From a phage: a DNA stretch of 64,000 nucleotides. Under the pieces are notes generated by a model. That model was not told the DNA's origin and made no database searches. It was given only the letters and a program-made list of their open reading frames with translations. Location of the stretch: the sequence record PQ536907.1. One strand, given 5' to 3'. Each line of letters starts with the position of its first letter. Position 1 is the first letter of the stretch. The translations under genes were made by a program, and so were the position numbers. Shown here piece by piece: positions 9,732 to 23,543 of this stretch.

Positions 9732-10039
9732 TATTTACCAATAAATTGGAGTAAATGCTCAACTTTCATACCATTAACAGAAATCAATTTGTCAATAGAA
9801 AAACCTCGCCATGCGCCAAGTTCAACATCAAATACTGGAATCATGTCAGTAGATTCTTTCCGAGTAGATTCAGTCAATTTACCAGTTTGCATGGTTGGCA
9901 TAAAGTCTGCATCACGCGTACCTTTCATAGTACGAATAGTACCATCAGACTTTTCAAAAACTACGTTTGAAACACCCATGGACAGTTTAGTTTTCAAAAT
10001 TTCACGAATTGCTACTTTCTGCTCAGTTGTCAGTTTCAT
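9731..10039 (-). CDS. hypothetical protein (102 aa; 31.1-like position)
   Basis: ORF, synteny. Confidence 0.5.
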   Translation of the reverse strand: MKLTTEQKVAIREILKTKLSMGVSNVVFEKSDGTIRTMKGTRDADFMPTMQTGKLTESTRKESTDMIPVFDVELGAWRGFSIDKLISVNGMKVEHLLQFIGK

Positions 10040-10276
10040 TTATTTACCTATCACAGTTTTAATATGAGTTGTTCCACGTTCTTTAAGGGTGGAAAGTAAT
10101 TTTTGGCATTTTTCTAAATCAGATTTCCAACTATATGGTCTATCAATACTAGTCCAATCAGTTTTATAATACTGTTTCCATTTAGAGAAAAAATACTTCT
10201 TATACTCTACAGCAAATGAAATGTTCTCGTTAGAATAAGAACTAATTGCTGTGAGCTGTACCAAACGAAATTTCAT
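10040..10276 (-). CDS. hypothetical protein (78 aa; 31.2-like position)
   Basis: ORF, synteny. Confidence 0.45.
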   Translation of the reverse strand: MKFRLVQLTAISSYSNENISFAVEYKKYFFSKWKQYYKTDWTSIDRPYSWKSDLEKCQKLLSTLKERGTTHIKTVIGK

Positions 10277-10857
10277 TATTCACCACAGAATTCGTTGATA
10301 TTTTCCCAATTTAACTTATTCAAGTTTTTCTTAGGAACATTAAACACTTCAATACCTGCATTTCGCAGAATATCATCCCAGCCAGGTTTATTTTTATCGT
10401 ATGTTTCACAATAAACCAGCTTTTTAATTCCAGATTGAGCTATCGCTTTTGCACAATCTGGGCAAGGAGAAAGTGTTACATACATAGTAGCACCTTCAAT
10501 AGAAGAACCATTTCGTGCAGCAAACAAAATCGCATTTAGTTCAGCGTGAATTTCATTTTTAGACGACCATTCAGAGTGAGCGCTACGGTGTTCTTTCGCC
10601 AAGACAAAACGATCAGTTGAACCAAACGATACGCATTCAGGCTTATGACCTTGAATGATAGTATGTTTAGGCTTGTTCAACAACCAGCCTTGTTCAGCAG
10701 CATAATCACAGCAATTCACACCACCAGCAGGTGAACCATTATATCCGGTAGAAATAATACGTCCATTCTTTTCAATTACTGCTCCTACCTTCCAGGAGCA
10801 GCATTTTGATTCTTGCGATACTAAATATGCAATTTGAAGTACTGTACTCGCTTTCAT
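10276..10857 (-). CDS. cd: dCMP deaminase
   Basis: 193 aa; zinc-dependent deaminase motifs (HAELNAI, SPCPDCAKAI). Confidence 0.9.
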   Translation of the reverse strand: MKASTVLQIAYLVSQESKCCSWKVGAVIEKNGRIISTGYNGSPAGGVNCCDYAAEQGWLLNKPKHTIIQGHKPECVSFGSTDRFVLAKEHRSAHSEWSSKNEIHAELNAILFAARNGSSIEGATMYVTLSPCPDCAKAIAQSGIKKLVYCETYDKNKPGWDDILRNAGIEVFNVPKKNLNKLNWENINEFCGE

Positions 10858-11192
10858 TTCATAATCACCAGATAAGCAGATTTAGCAGTTTCTACACGAT
10901 AAATTTCGTGACGAAGTTTAGTTATACTTTTAATAACAGAACTAATTATATTCTGCCCATCTTTAAAGCGGTTTTTCTTATCAATAAAAATTGCGCCAAC
11001 CAGCTTTTTGTGAAGCTCAACTGGATACTTCGTCACAATAATAGCATCATACACAGAAGGATGAATACTATTCACTAGAGTGTCATTCATTAAAGTTATT
11101 CTAATGAACTGTGCTGTTTCAGAGTCAAGCGCTCTATGATCGCCAGTATCATTTTCAAGACAATTATCAATTATATCAGTTAAATTCATCAT
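10854..11192 (-). CDS. hypothetical protein (112 aa)
   Basis: ORF in cd.x block. Confidence 0.5.
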   Translation of the reverse strand: MMNLTDIIDNCLENDTGDHRALDSETAQFIRITLMNDTLVNSIHPSVYDAIIVTKYPVELHKKLVGAIFIDKKNRFKDGQNIISSVIKSITKLRHEIYRVETAKSAYLVIMK

Positions 11193-11425
11193 AGTACGCC
11201 ATACACCCTTTGTGCTTCAACTAATCCATCAAAATCCAATTTGAGATGTGTTATTTGGTCACCATCACCTGGATTCACAATTACTAATACTGAACGAGGA
11301 GTTTCGGTAATAACGCGAACCGATGTTTCTGGAAATCGTTCAGAAACCTTATTTACCAATTCCTGAGCAAATAGTTTAACTTTTTCTTGGAATTCTTTAA
11401 CAGTAATTGGTTTTTCACTTAGCAT
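11189..11425 (-). CDS. hypothetical protein (78 aa)
   Basis: ORF; early-type promoter (GTTTAC 11480-11485, -10 near 11456-11461) upstream with inverted repeat ggtagag/ctctacc bracketing the -10. Confidence 0.5.
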   Translation of the reverse strand: MLSEKPITVKEFQEKVKLFAQELVNKVSERFPETSVRVITETPRSVLVIVNPGDGDQITHLKLDFDGLVEAQRVYGVL

Positions 11426-11487
11426 TTTGTTTTCCTCATTTGTTTTGGTAGAGCTATAATATCACAACTCTACCGTAAAGTAAACTG

Positions 11488-11763
11488 TTAAATTGCTTTG
11501 AATTCTGATGTCTGTGATTCAAAGCGAATATCGCCTTTGATGACTAGCTCAGCATCAAGACCAAATACGACAATGATATGCGCAGAACCTGGATACAGCG
11601 TAATGGCAATAGAATCCACCTGGTCTGGAAGCAAAGTGTTCAATACATGAGTCACTTGAGCATGAATTCGAAGCTCGGCTGCGTTATCAAGCTTTTCAAA
11701 CATATTATTAGCGATAATTTGGCTAAAAACTACTTCTACGATTTTAGAATAAGTCGGAAACAT
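11488..11763 (-). CDS. hypothetical protein (91 aa)
   Basis: ORF in cd.x block. Confidence 0.5.
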   Translation of the reverse strand: MFPTYSKIVEVVFSQIIANNMFEKLDNAAELRIHAQVTHVLNTLLPDQVDSIAITLYPGSAHIIVVFGLDAELVIKGDIRFESQTSEFKAI

Positions 11764-11765
11764 AT

Positions 11766-11958
11766 TTACCTCACATAATTTTCTTCAAGCCAATCAATAA
11801 CATCCAACGCATTATCAAAAGTTGAACCATCTACTTTGTCTTCTGTTTCATAATCAAGAACATCTAAGCCTACTCTTCCATCAACAATAGGCCATAAACA
11901 AAATAGATATTTCTTTTCTTTTTCAATTTTATCACAAAGTCGATAAATCTTTTCTATG

Positions 11959-11966
<8 letters not shown>
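11766..11966 (-). CDS. hypothetical protein (66 aa)
   Basis: ORF in cd.x block. Confidence 0.45.
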
Positions 11967-13381
<1,415 letters not shown>

Positions 13382-13615
13382 TTATTTTTTCTCAACCAAT
13401 GATTGAATATAATCATGCAGGTCTTTAGATGCTTTACCCCACTTATTTTGATATTCATTTTTGAGATTAGCGCGTGATTGAGCTAATAAAACATCATTAG
13501 TTGGAGGTAAAGATTCTAATCGCTGAATCTGGCGTCCATAAATCATTGCAGCCATCTCGGATTCATAAATCAATCCTTTAAGATGTTCAAATTGATGCCA
13601 TGAAATCATTTGCAT
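13382..13615 (-). CDS. hypothetical protein (77 aa)
   Basis: ORF in pseT.x block. Confidence 0.45.
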   Translation of the reverse strand: MQMISWHQFEHLKGLIYESEMAAMIYGRQIQRLESLPPTNDVLLAQSRANLKNEYQNKWGKASKDLHDYIQSLVEKK

Positions 13616-13905
13616 TTATCCTCTTTTAACTCTTGACGATAATAACATATCATAGTTTTCTGGTCATGTACATATCGTTTTACATCATTAAGCCAAATAC
13701 GAAATTCCTGGGAATCTTCAAATGGCATACCGACCCAAGCTTTACCATCAATAACTTTAACTTGCCAAGATAGTTTAGCTTCATCATATGACTTTATCTG
13801 CACAGGCCAATTAGGATGAACTGTTTCTTTCTTTACTTCTAGAGGCTTTGTCGAACAACCAACTAGAAGACCAATAGATAATATTACTGCTGATAGTCTA
13901 ATCAT
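13606..13905 (-). CDS. candidate outer-membrane spanin (lipoprotein, 99 aa)
   Basis: Signal peptide plus lipobox LLVGC near N-terminus; directly downstream of a single-TM protein; corresponds to the T4 pseT.2/pseT.3 spanin pair by position. Confidence 0.55.
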   Translation of the reverse strand: MIRLSAVILSIGLLVGCSTKPLEVKKETVHPNWPVQIKSYDEAKLSWQVKVIDGKAWVGMPFEDSQEFRIWLNDVKRYVHDQKTMICYYRQELKEDKCK

Positions 13906-14255
13906 TTAGAAAGGTCCTGGATGTCTTCTGCGAACTTGTTGAAGGAGTTATTGATTTGTTTTTCAACCAATCCTGGCTTATGAGCCACCACATCCGCCTT
14001 CTTTGCGTCTTTGCGCAGTTTTTCATTTTCACGCTCAATAGCAGCAATTGCCTCACGATTTTTATTATTCATCGCATCAATATAATTATACTGAATTCGC
14101 AAATTATTTAATGCTAAGGCGTTTTCATTGGCCGTTTTTGTAATTTCAGTAACCGATGTTTCTAATCTTTCTACCTTATTTTTTAAAATAATAGATGTTC
14201 CGCCAAATACTATTACAAGTAATAGCAAACCTGCTGTCGTATTACTTAATTGCAT
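13902..14255 (-). CDS. candidate inner-membrane spanin (117 aa)
   Basis: N-terminal transmembrane helix (AGLLLLVIVFGGTSIIL) followed by a charged, coiled-coil-like periplasmic domain. Confidence 0.5.
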   Translation of the reverse strand: MQLSNTTAGLLLLVIVFGGTSIILKNKVERLETSVTEITKTANENALALNNLRIQYNYIDAMNNKNREAIAAIERENEKLRKDAKKADVVAHKPGLVEKQINNSFNKFAEDIQDLSK

Positions 14256-14752
14256 AAAGTTTTAATAACCTCTATAATATCGTCTTGAGAAAGACCGTTA
14301 ATTAAAATATGATGTTCCGCCGGAGATTTAGAAATTTTAAAGCATGCCGCAACATCTTCTGCCATATCTGATGCACTACGATTTGGATTACTAATCCCAA
14401 GGCGGTGTTTTCCCGTTAAAGGATTAACGATGATATAGCATTTACAGTTGTTAATATGAACATTAGGTTGAGTCTGATTAATGAACACATCACAATCATA
14501 TTTCGCAAGCTGATTTTCTAAAAAGACTTTCATCTCCTCAACCGCATCAGGAAGCATATCACGGGCTTGCTCAAGACGACGATTTCGATATTCTTTAATG
14601 GTCGTTTTCCGCTTGACTTGCTTAGCTAAATCTTTCTTAAGATCGGTGATATATCCAACTCGACGATTTCCTTTGAATACAGAAATCCCATCTGTAGTAT
14701 CACCGTATGCTTCAACGACCATTTCAGTAGTAATAAGTTGTAAATCCATCAT
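14246..14752 (-). CDS. alc: probable Alc (host transcription unfolding/termination protein, 168 aa)
   Basis: Length and position (between pseT.x and rnlA) as in T4; sequence itself not recognised independently. Confidence 0.55.
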   Translation of the reverse strand: MMDLQLITTEMVVEAYGDTTDGISVFKGNRRVGYITDLKKDLAKQVKRKTTIKEYRNRRLEQARDMLPDAVEEMKVFLENQLAKYDCDVFINQTQPNVHINNCKCYIIVNPLTGKHRLGISNPNRSASDMAEDVAACFKISKSPAEHHILINGLSQDDIIEVIKTLCN

Positions 14753-14813
14753 AAAGTCCTCATGTTATGTCAGTAAGACTACTATAACACAACACGAGGA
14801 ACTTGTAAACAGC

Positions 14814-16401
<1,588 letters not shown>

Positions 16402-16428
16402 AATAAAATGGGCCTTGCGGCCCACTCC

Positions 16429-17607
16429 TTAAAAGTATTTTTTAAAACTCATCATAACTTTATCATCAACATCATTATCAATCTGCGCTACAAGGTAAGA
16501 TGACAGTTCTACTTCTTGCGGCGCGGATTGAACATTATCAGAATTAAGGTATTCACGAATCCAAGGATATGGATGTTTAACCGGAGCATCGGTAATTGGG
16601 CATGGAAGACCACACTGTTTCATACGAGATACAGTTAAGTAATCAATAAAGCTCCACATGCTATTTGTATTTAATCCAGGAACATCGCCATTTTTAAATA
16701 AATGAACTGCCCAATCTTTTTCTTGGCGGTTAACTTCCATGAAAATATCAACTGCTTCTTGTTCACACTCTTTGGCAATTTTAACCCATTCATCACCATC
16801 CGTGCCAAGTTGAAGTTGACGAATAATATATTGTGTACCTTTAAGATGAAGCTGCTCATCACGTGCAATGAACTTCATAATCTTGGCATTACCTTCCATG
16901 ATTTCCATGTTCTTATGGAAGTTAAAGGTACATGCGAAAGATACATAAAAACGAATAGCTTCCAATGCGTTGATTACGTGTAGGCAGAGGTAAAGAGAGC
17001 GCATTAGTTCACGTTTCCAATACATTTCATGCTCTATGGCATCTTTAATATCATCTTCGTCTGCATTAATTTCTTTTTGGTATTCGATATCAGCTTTAGC
17101 GTTTTCCCAATAACGAGTTTTAATCAGAACATCATCATAATAGCGTCCAATAGATTCGGCTCGTTTCATGATTGCTTCATCTAATACAATCTCATCAAAT
17201 ACCTTTGACGGATCAGTATAAAGATTTCGCATGATATGTGTATATGAACGACTGTGAATAGTTTCACTAAAAGTCCATGTAGCAACCCATGTATCAAGAC
17301 TTGGGTCTGAAATTAACGACATAAGTACAGCAGACGGTGCACGACCCTGAATGCTATCTAGAAGTGATTGATACTTCAGGTTATTAGTAAAAATATCTTG
17401 CTGATATTGAGGAAGCTTGTTAAATTGCGCAGCATCCATCATTAAGTTTACTTCTTCAGGACGCCAGAAAAATGACAACTGCTTTTCGGTTAAATCTTCA
17501 AAAACTTTATGACGTTGAATATCATAACGCGCAATACCAAGGCCTGAACCAAAAAACATAGGTTCTTTTAAAACATCAACTGGATTTGTATTAAAAACTG
17601 TGCTCAT
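16429..17607 (-). CDS. nrdB: ribonucleotide reductase small subunit (uninterrupted)
   Basis: 392-aa continuous ORF with diiron/tyrosyl radical protein features; no intron. Confidence 0.95.
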   Translation of the reverse strand: MSTVFNTNPVDVLKEPMFFGSGLGIARYDIQRHKVFEDLTEKQLSFFWRPEEVNLMMDAAQFNKLPQYQQDIFTNNLKYQSLLDSIQGRAPSAVLMSLISDPSLDTWVATWTFSETIHSRSYTHIMRNLYTDPSKVFDEIVLDEAIMKRAESIGRYYDDVLIKTRYWENAKADIEYQKEINADEDDIKDAIEHEMYWKRELMRSLYLCLHVINALEAIRFYVSFACTFNFHKNMEIMEGNAKIMKFIARDEQLHLKGTQYIIRQLQLGTDGDEWVKIAKECEQEAVDIFMEVNRQEKDWAVHLFKNGDVPGLNTNSMWSFIDYLTVSRMKQCGLPCPITDAPVKHPYPWIREYLNSDNVQSAPQEVELSSYLVAQIDNDVDDKVMMSFKKYF

Positions 17608-17658
17608 AAATTTTCCACTTAGTTAATAGATAGTGACTCGTCCATGAGTCAAATTATA

Positions 17659-19923
17659 TCATAATTTACAGGATGAACAATCTTCAGCTTTTGGAGTTTC
17701 TATTTCATAATCATCAGTACCAGAACCATCGCGGGTATTATGATAATAGAAATTTTTTCCGCCAAAATACCAAAAATACAAAAGGTCATCAATCATTATT
17801 GACATTGGAACCTTTCCTTTTGGAAAAATCTGCGGGTCATAATATGTATTCGCCGAAGCTGATTGACAAACCCATTTCAGCATAATAGCTACCTGCGTAA
17901 GATAAGGTTTATTACCTTTCTTAGCTAATTTCCATGTATAATCATAGAGGTCTATGTTATGCTCAATATTGGGCACGACTTGATTAAAGGAGCCCTCTTT
18001 TGATTCTTTAACAGAGACTGGTCCACGTGGAGGCTCGATACCGTTTGTACTGTTAGAAACTTGGGAAGATGACTCACATGGCATAAGTGCTGATAATGTG
18101 CTATTACGGATGCCAAAGAGCTTAAGGTCTTCCCGCAGCGACGACCAGTCACAAACGTATTTTGGAGCTGCGATTTGGTCAATCTTTTTATTGTACCAGT
18201 CGATAGGTAATTCGCCTCGAGACCAACGAGTGTCTGAATAATATTCGCAAGGTCCTTTTTCTTTGGCGAGCTTAATGGATGCTTTAATGAGTCCATACTG
18301 TAATCTCTCAAATAGTTCATGTGTTAAATCGTTAGCATCTTCATAAGAAGCAAAGTTACTTGCCAGCCAAGCTGCATAGTTAGTAACACCTACACCAAGG
18401 TTTCGACGCTTTTTAGCTTTTTCTGCTTCAGGAACTGGATATCCTTGGTAATCCAAAAGATTATCAAGAGCACGAACTTGAACTTCTGCCAATTCATTAA
18501 TTTTATCTTGGTCTTGCCAATCGAAGTTATCCAGCACAAATGCAGATAACGTGCACAATCCAATTTCAGCATCGGGGCTATTCACATCATTTGTTGGAAT
18601 AGCAATTTCACAGCACAAGTTACTCTGACGAATAGGTGCCTTTTCACGAATAAATGGAGTATAGTTATTCGTATTATCAATGAACTGTACATAAATCCTT
18701 GCTGTTCCTGAGCGTTCAGTCATGAGCAATTCAAATAGTTCACGGGCTTTAATACGCTTTTTACGAATATTAGGGTCTTTTTCTGCTGCTTCGTATAATT
18801 CACGGAAACGGTCTTGGTCTTTAAAATAAGAATAATAAAGCTCGCCACCCATTTCATGCGGACTGAACAAAGTAATGTAATCGTTCTTTCCGAATCGTTC
18901 CATCATCAAATCATTCAGCTGAACACCATAATCCATATGACGAATGCGGTTTTCTTCTACGCCTTTGTTATTTTTCAAAACGAGAAGATTTTCAACTTCC
19001 AAATGCCAAATAGGATAATAAGCAGTAGCAGCGCCGCCACGAATTCCACCCTGTGAACATGATTTAACTGCAGTCTGAAAATGTTTCCAAAAAGGAATAA
19101 CACCGGTATGGCGTACTTCACCCATGCCAATCTTAGAACCTTCAGCACGAATCATACCAACGTTAATACCAATTCCAGCGCGTTTAGAGATATATTCAAC
19201 AATTGAAGCGGAAGCCTTATTGATAGACTTTAATGAATCACCTGCCTCAATAACAACGCATGAACTAAACTGTCGAGTCGGAGTACGGCAACCAGCCATA
19301 ATAGGAGTTGGCAATGAAATCTGTCGAGTAGATACTGCTTCATAAAAACGGATAACATGTTTTAGTCTATCAACAGGTTCATCTTGATGCAGTGCCATTC
19401 CAATAGTCATAAATGCAAACTGTGGAGTTTCATAAATTTGACCGGTGGTTTTATCTTTAACTAGATATTTTTCTTTTAATTGCATCGCCCCGGAATAAGT
19501 AAATTCCATATCCCGCTCGTGCTTAATTTTTGATTCTAAAAATGTAATTTCTTCTGCTGAATATTTTGACAATAATTCAGGGTCATATTTACCTGCATTT
19601 ACACAATAAGAAATATGGTCAATAAATGAACGCGGTTCATACTGCCCATAAACATGCTTACGAAGAGCGAACATTAGACAACGTGCAGCTACATATTGAT
19701 AATCAGGCTCTTCAACCGAAATAGAATTCGCAGCGGCCTTAATGACAATAGTCTGAATATCATCAGTTGTCATTCCATCACGGAGATAAGATTTAATATT
19801 TTCATATAATTCATAAGGATCTACTGATGTTCCTTCAGCTGCCCAAGATAAAACTTTAATAATTTTTTGTGGGTCAAAGCTCTGAGAAACACCACTACTT
19901 TTGATAACATTGATTAATTGCAT
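17659..19923 (-). CDS. nrdA: ribonucleotide reductase large subunit
   Basis: 754 aa; class Ia RNR catalytic motifs (NLCCEI, C-terminal CSSCKL). Confidence 0.95.
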   Translation of the reverse strand: MQLINVIKSSGVSQSFDPQKIIKVLSWAAEGTSVDPYELYENIKSYLRDGMTTDDIQTIVIKAAANSISVEEPDYQYVAARCLMFALRKHVYGQYEPRSFIDHISYCVNAGKYDPELLSKYSAEEITFLESKIKHERDMEFTYSGAMQLKEKYLVKDKTTGQIYETPQFAFMTIGMALHQDEPVDRLKHVIRFYEAVSTRQISLPTPIMAGCRTPTRQFSSCVVIEAGDSLKSINKASASIVEYISKRAGIGINVGMIRAEGSKIGMGEVRHTGVIPFWKHFQTAVKSCSQGGIRGGAATAYYPIWHLEVENLLVLKNNKGVEENRIRHMDYGVQLNDLMMERFGKNDYITLFSPHEMGGELYYSYFKDQDRFRELYEAAEKDPNIRKKRIKARELFELLMTERSGTARIYVQFIDNTNNYTPFIREKAPIRQSNLCCEIAIPTNDVNSPDAEIGLCTLSAFVLDNFDWQDQDKINELAEVQVRALDNLLDYQGYPVPEAEKAKKRRNLGVGVTNYAAWLASNFASYEDANDLTHELFERLQYGLIKASIKLAKEKGPCEYYSDTRWSRGELPIDWYNKKIDQIAAPKYVCDWSSLREDLKLFGIRNSTLSALMPCESSSQVSNSTNGIEPPRGPVSVKESKEGSFNQVVPNIEHNIDLYDYTWKLAKKGNKPYLTQVAIMLKWVCQSASANTYYDPQIFPKGKVPMSIMIDDLLYFWYFGGKNFYYHNTRDGSGTDDYEIETPKAEDCSSCKL

Positions 19924-20240
19924 AAGTCCTCAACTTGAAAATCGTCTTTAAACAATCGGTTAACTATATGAGCTATTATATCACCATGACACGGCTTTGG
20001 TTTACATGTGCATCCTAGCCTCATTCCACGTAAAGGCTCTAAATGTGCTTTAGTTATTTCTCCGGATTTAATTCGACGTATAAAATCTTTTTTGAATAAT
20101 TCAATGGCAGCCTCCCGGCTGCCAGCATCTTTACCGACGTAATTTCCCCAAAATGTACCACGGTGAATATTAACATCAAAGTCGGATTTGTATTTATTCA
20201 CTACCCGGCATAGACGGCCCGGTTGGTAATAATTCTTCAT
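19914..20240 (-). CDS. hypothetical protein (108 aa; nrdA.1-like), DUF4326-like Cys motif
   Basis: C-terminal [11 protein letters not shown] motif. Confidence 0.5.
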   Translation of the reverse strand: MKNYYQPGRLCRVVNKYKSDFDVNIHRGTFWGNYVGKDAGSREAAIELFKKDFIRRIKSGEITKAHLEPLRGMRLGCTCKPKPCHGDIIAHIVNRLFKDDFQVEDLCN

Positions 20241-20457
20241 ATTGTTTTTCCGTTAAAACAGTAATATCGTAGTAACAGTCAGAAGAAGTTTTAACTGTGG
20301 AAATTTTATTGTCAAAATACTCACGAGTCATTTTATGAGTATAGTATTTTTTACCATAAATGGTAATAGGCTGTTCTGGTCCTGGAACTTCTAACTCGCT
20401 TGGGTTAGGAAGTGTAAAAAGAACGACACCAGAAGTATCTTTAAATCGTAAAATCAT
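20194..20457 (-). CDS. hypothetical protein (87 aa; nrdA.2-like)
   Basis: ORF, synteny. Confidence 0.45.
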   Translation of the reverse strand: MILRFKDTSGVVLFTLPNPSELEVPGPEQPITIYGKKYYTHKMTREYFDNKISTVKTSSDCYYDITVLTEKQYEELLPTGPSMPGSE

Positions 20458-21314
20458 ATTGCCATTTTCCCTTTAATTGCTGGATGCGATTCATAATTTT
20501 CAAGGATAAAATCTTTCGGTTTCATGTATTCAGTTAACCAGTAAAGCTGTGTTTCGGTGTCACAATTTCCAAACTCTATAGGCCAATCAATTTTAAGTTC
20601 ACACAGTTCTTTAGGCTCACGACGTAAAATTTCTTTACATTGCTCAGTATGATTCATATAGATGTGAGTATTACCACCAGAAAATATCAAATCTCCTGGG
20701 ATAAGATTACACATCTTAGCCACAATATGCGTCAAGGCAGCGTACGAGGCAATGTTGAATGGCAAGCCCAAGAAAACATCTACACTTCTTTGGTACCATT
20801 GTAAATCAAGATAACCATTACGCACATTAAACTGATAGAACATATGACAGGGCGGTAATGCCATTTGATTGGTTTCAGCTGGATTCCATGCTGAAACGAT
20901 TTGACGTCGATCAGTTGGTAATTTTTTAATACGATCAATAGTTTCAACTAATTGATCCACACCACCGAAATCACGCCATTGTTTACCGTATATAGGACCA
21001 AGTTCACCACTATGATATCCTAGGTCTTTAGCCTGGTTTTCATAGTTATCGTCCCAAATAGTTTTACCTTGAATAAGACTACCATGAGTGCGAAGACGTA
21101 AATCATTAACATTGGTAGAACCGGAAATAAACCATAGAAGCTCAGCAATACATGCATTCCACGCAAGCTTCTTAGTTGTTACCGCAGGAAAACCTTTAGT
21201 TAAATCCCAGCGTAATTTAGTACCGAACAAAGCAATTGTTCCTGTGCCTGTTCGGTCATCGGTTTCATAACCATTTTCAAAAATGTCTTTAATTAAATCT
21301 TGGTATTGTTTCAT
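20454..21314 (-). CDS. td: thymidylate synthase (uninterrupted)
   Basis: 286-aa continuous ORF; TS active-site region [11 protein letters not shown]; no intron. Confidence 0.95.
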   Translation of the reverse strand: MKQYQDLIKDIFENGYETDDRTGTGTIALFGTKLRWDLTKGFPAVTTKKLAWNACIAELLWFISGSTNVNDLRLRTHGSLIQGKTIWDDNYENQAKDLGYHSGELGPIYGKQWRDFGGVDQLVETIDRIKKLPTDRRQIVSAWNPAETNQMALPPCHMFYQFNVRNGYLDLQWYQRSVDVFLGLPFNIASYAALTHIVAKMCNLIPGDLIFSGGNTHIYMNHTEQCKEILRREPKELCELKIDWPIEFGNCDTETQLYWLTEYMKPKDFILENYESHPAIKGKMAI

Positions 21315-21358
21315 TTAGTACCTTATATAAATTATAATACATTTTATGAAGCTAATAA

Positions 21359-21706
21359 TCAATACGGTTTAGCATCAAATTTTCTCTCAATTTCAGGCGT
21401 GAAATATAATTCTTTACCGCGTTTGGAAAAGCGACCAATAATATGATAATTATTCTCATCAAACGTGATATTACCAATATCCATAGCTTTCAACCAAATA
21501 TCGATATTTCTATCCAGCTTTATGTCAAAATTCCAATACGGAGAACTATTACCGAAAATACTACAAGCGGATTCAGTGAAACAGCTACTATAAATCTTGT
21601 CTTTAGGAACTACTAATTGGTAGACACCTTTAATAAACTGAGGACCTTGCCATTTTGGCTGTTTCTCGTCTTTTTCTAACAGAATAGGGTAATAATTAAA
21701 ATTCAT
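21359..21706 (-). CDS. hypothetical protein (115 aa) inserted between frd and td
   Basis: ORF fills the 411-bp gap between frd stop (21726) and td start (21314); no recognisable motifs. Confidence 0.5.
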   Translation of the reverse strand: MNFNYYPILLEKDEKQPKWQGPQFIKGVYQLVVPKDKIYSSCFTESACSIFGNSSPYWNFDIKLDRNIDIWLKAMDIGNITFDENNYHIIGRFSKRGKELYFTPEIERKFDAKPY

Positions 21707-21725
21707 ATTTCCGCCACGCGTTATT

Positions 21726-22546
<821 letters not shown>

Positions 22547-22555
22547 TATATTTCC

Positions 22556-22798
22556 TCAAACAGACTTTTTCACAATTTTCCAATCAGATTTAAACTGGTC
22601 GACGTCAGAATGGTAAATCCAAAATCCTGCGCTTTCTCCGTCTTCATAAAGAGGGCACCCATCACATTCATCTTCCCATCCCATGCCACGTAAAAGGTGT
22701 TCAGCTTTTTCAACAAGTTCAGAATCTTTACCGATGATATTAAAATACCATTTACCTCTAACTTCCGAATCTTTGATGCTCTGACGTTGTAATCTCAT
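22556..22798 (-). CDS. hypothetical protein (80 aa)
   Basis: ORF with own early-type promoter (GTTTACA 22848-22854, TACTAT 22825-22830) and SD. Confidence 0.5.
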   Translation of the reverse strand: MRLQRQSIKDSEVRGKWYFNIIGKDSELVEKAEHLLRGMGWEDECDGCPLYEDGESAGFWIYHSDVDQFKSDWKIVKKSV

Positions 22799-22856
22799 TT
22801 TATTCTCCTCAAGTTGATAAGGCTATAGTATCATTACCATAGCCCGTTGTAAACAA

Positions 22857-23159
22857 TTATTTTTGAATTTTATCGAGCCACTTACCAAGCTTAATCATTT
22901 CTTTAGTAGCCTTTTCCATACTTCTGAACTTGACCAATAGAGGATAGGTATCGACACCCATAACTAAACTGGTTACAAGACTGTGTTCACCCACAAGCCA
23001 TAACGAATACGTTTGAATATCGAGCCCGTAATTTCTGTCTTTATGGACCCGTACACCCATCACTTCAAATTTCTCACTAGCTTTTTCTACCGCATCCAGG
23101 AAATCATCTTTAGTCATATTAGGCCTTAAAAGTTTTTCGCAAAAGTTCAATGATTTCAT
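22857..23159 (-). CDS. hypothetical protein (100 aa; start uncertain)
   Basis: ORF in frd-32 interval; overlaps next ORF so true start may be an internal Met. Confidence 0.45.
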   Translation of the reverse strand: MKSLNFCEKLLRPNMTKDDFLDAVEKASEKFEVMGVRVHKDRNYGLDIQTYSLWLVGEHSLVTSLVMGVDTYPLLVKFRSMEKATKEMIKLGKWLDKIQK

Positions 23160-23499
23160 CTACATTGTTTTCGTCAACAATGCAGTGAATTTTTGTTACG
23201 CCAGAAACCTTGTCTTTGACTTCATCTTCTTCAGAAGTCGGTTCTTTATACTCACGAAAACAATGAAATTCATCTTCGCAAATTTCTAAAAGTCTATCTT
23301 TGAGGTAAAAATGCTTTCCATTTGCGCATTCAATGTGTTTTACTGCTTTATATCCATTAGCGACGGAAACTTCTTTAACTTCAAACCATCCGCCATTCTC
23401 TCGAATGGCTTTAACTATTGATGAATTAGAACGTGGGCTATAATTAATAAATGTATCAATAAGTCTTGGAACAAGTTCATACTTTTTACCGGTATACAT
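23119..23499 (-). CDS. hypothetical protein (126 aa)
   Basis: ORF in frd-32 interval; GC hairpin aggggcttgatagcccct upstream. Confidence 0.5.
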   Translation of the reverse strand: MYTGKKYELVPRLIDTFINYSPRSNSSIVKAIRENGGWFEVKEVSVANGYKAVKHIECANGKHFYLKDRLLEICEDEFHCFREYKEPTSEEDEVKDKVSGVTKIHCIVDENNVDEIIELLRKTFKA

Positions 23500-23543
23500 T
23501 ACGGTTTCCTCATTTTAATAGGGGCTTGATAGCCCCTTGATAA

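Noticed and set aside
17673-19345. Several short ORFs on both strands within nrdA
   Set aside because: Embedded in the ribonucleotide reductase large subunit gene; no independent signals.
16429-21314. Group I introns or homing endonuclease ORFs in td and nrdB
   Set aside because: Both genes translate as continuous full-length proteins; no intervening sequence is present.
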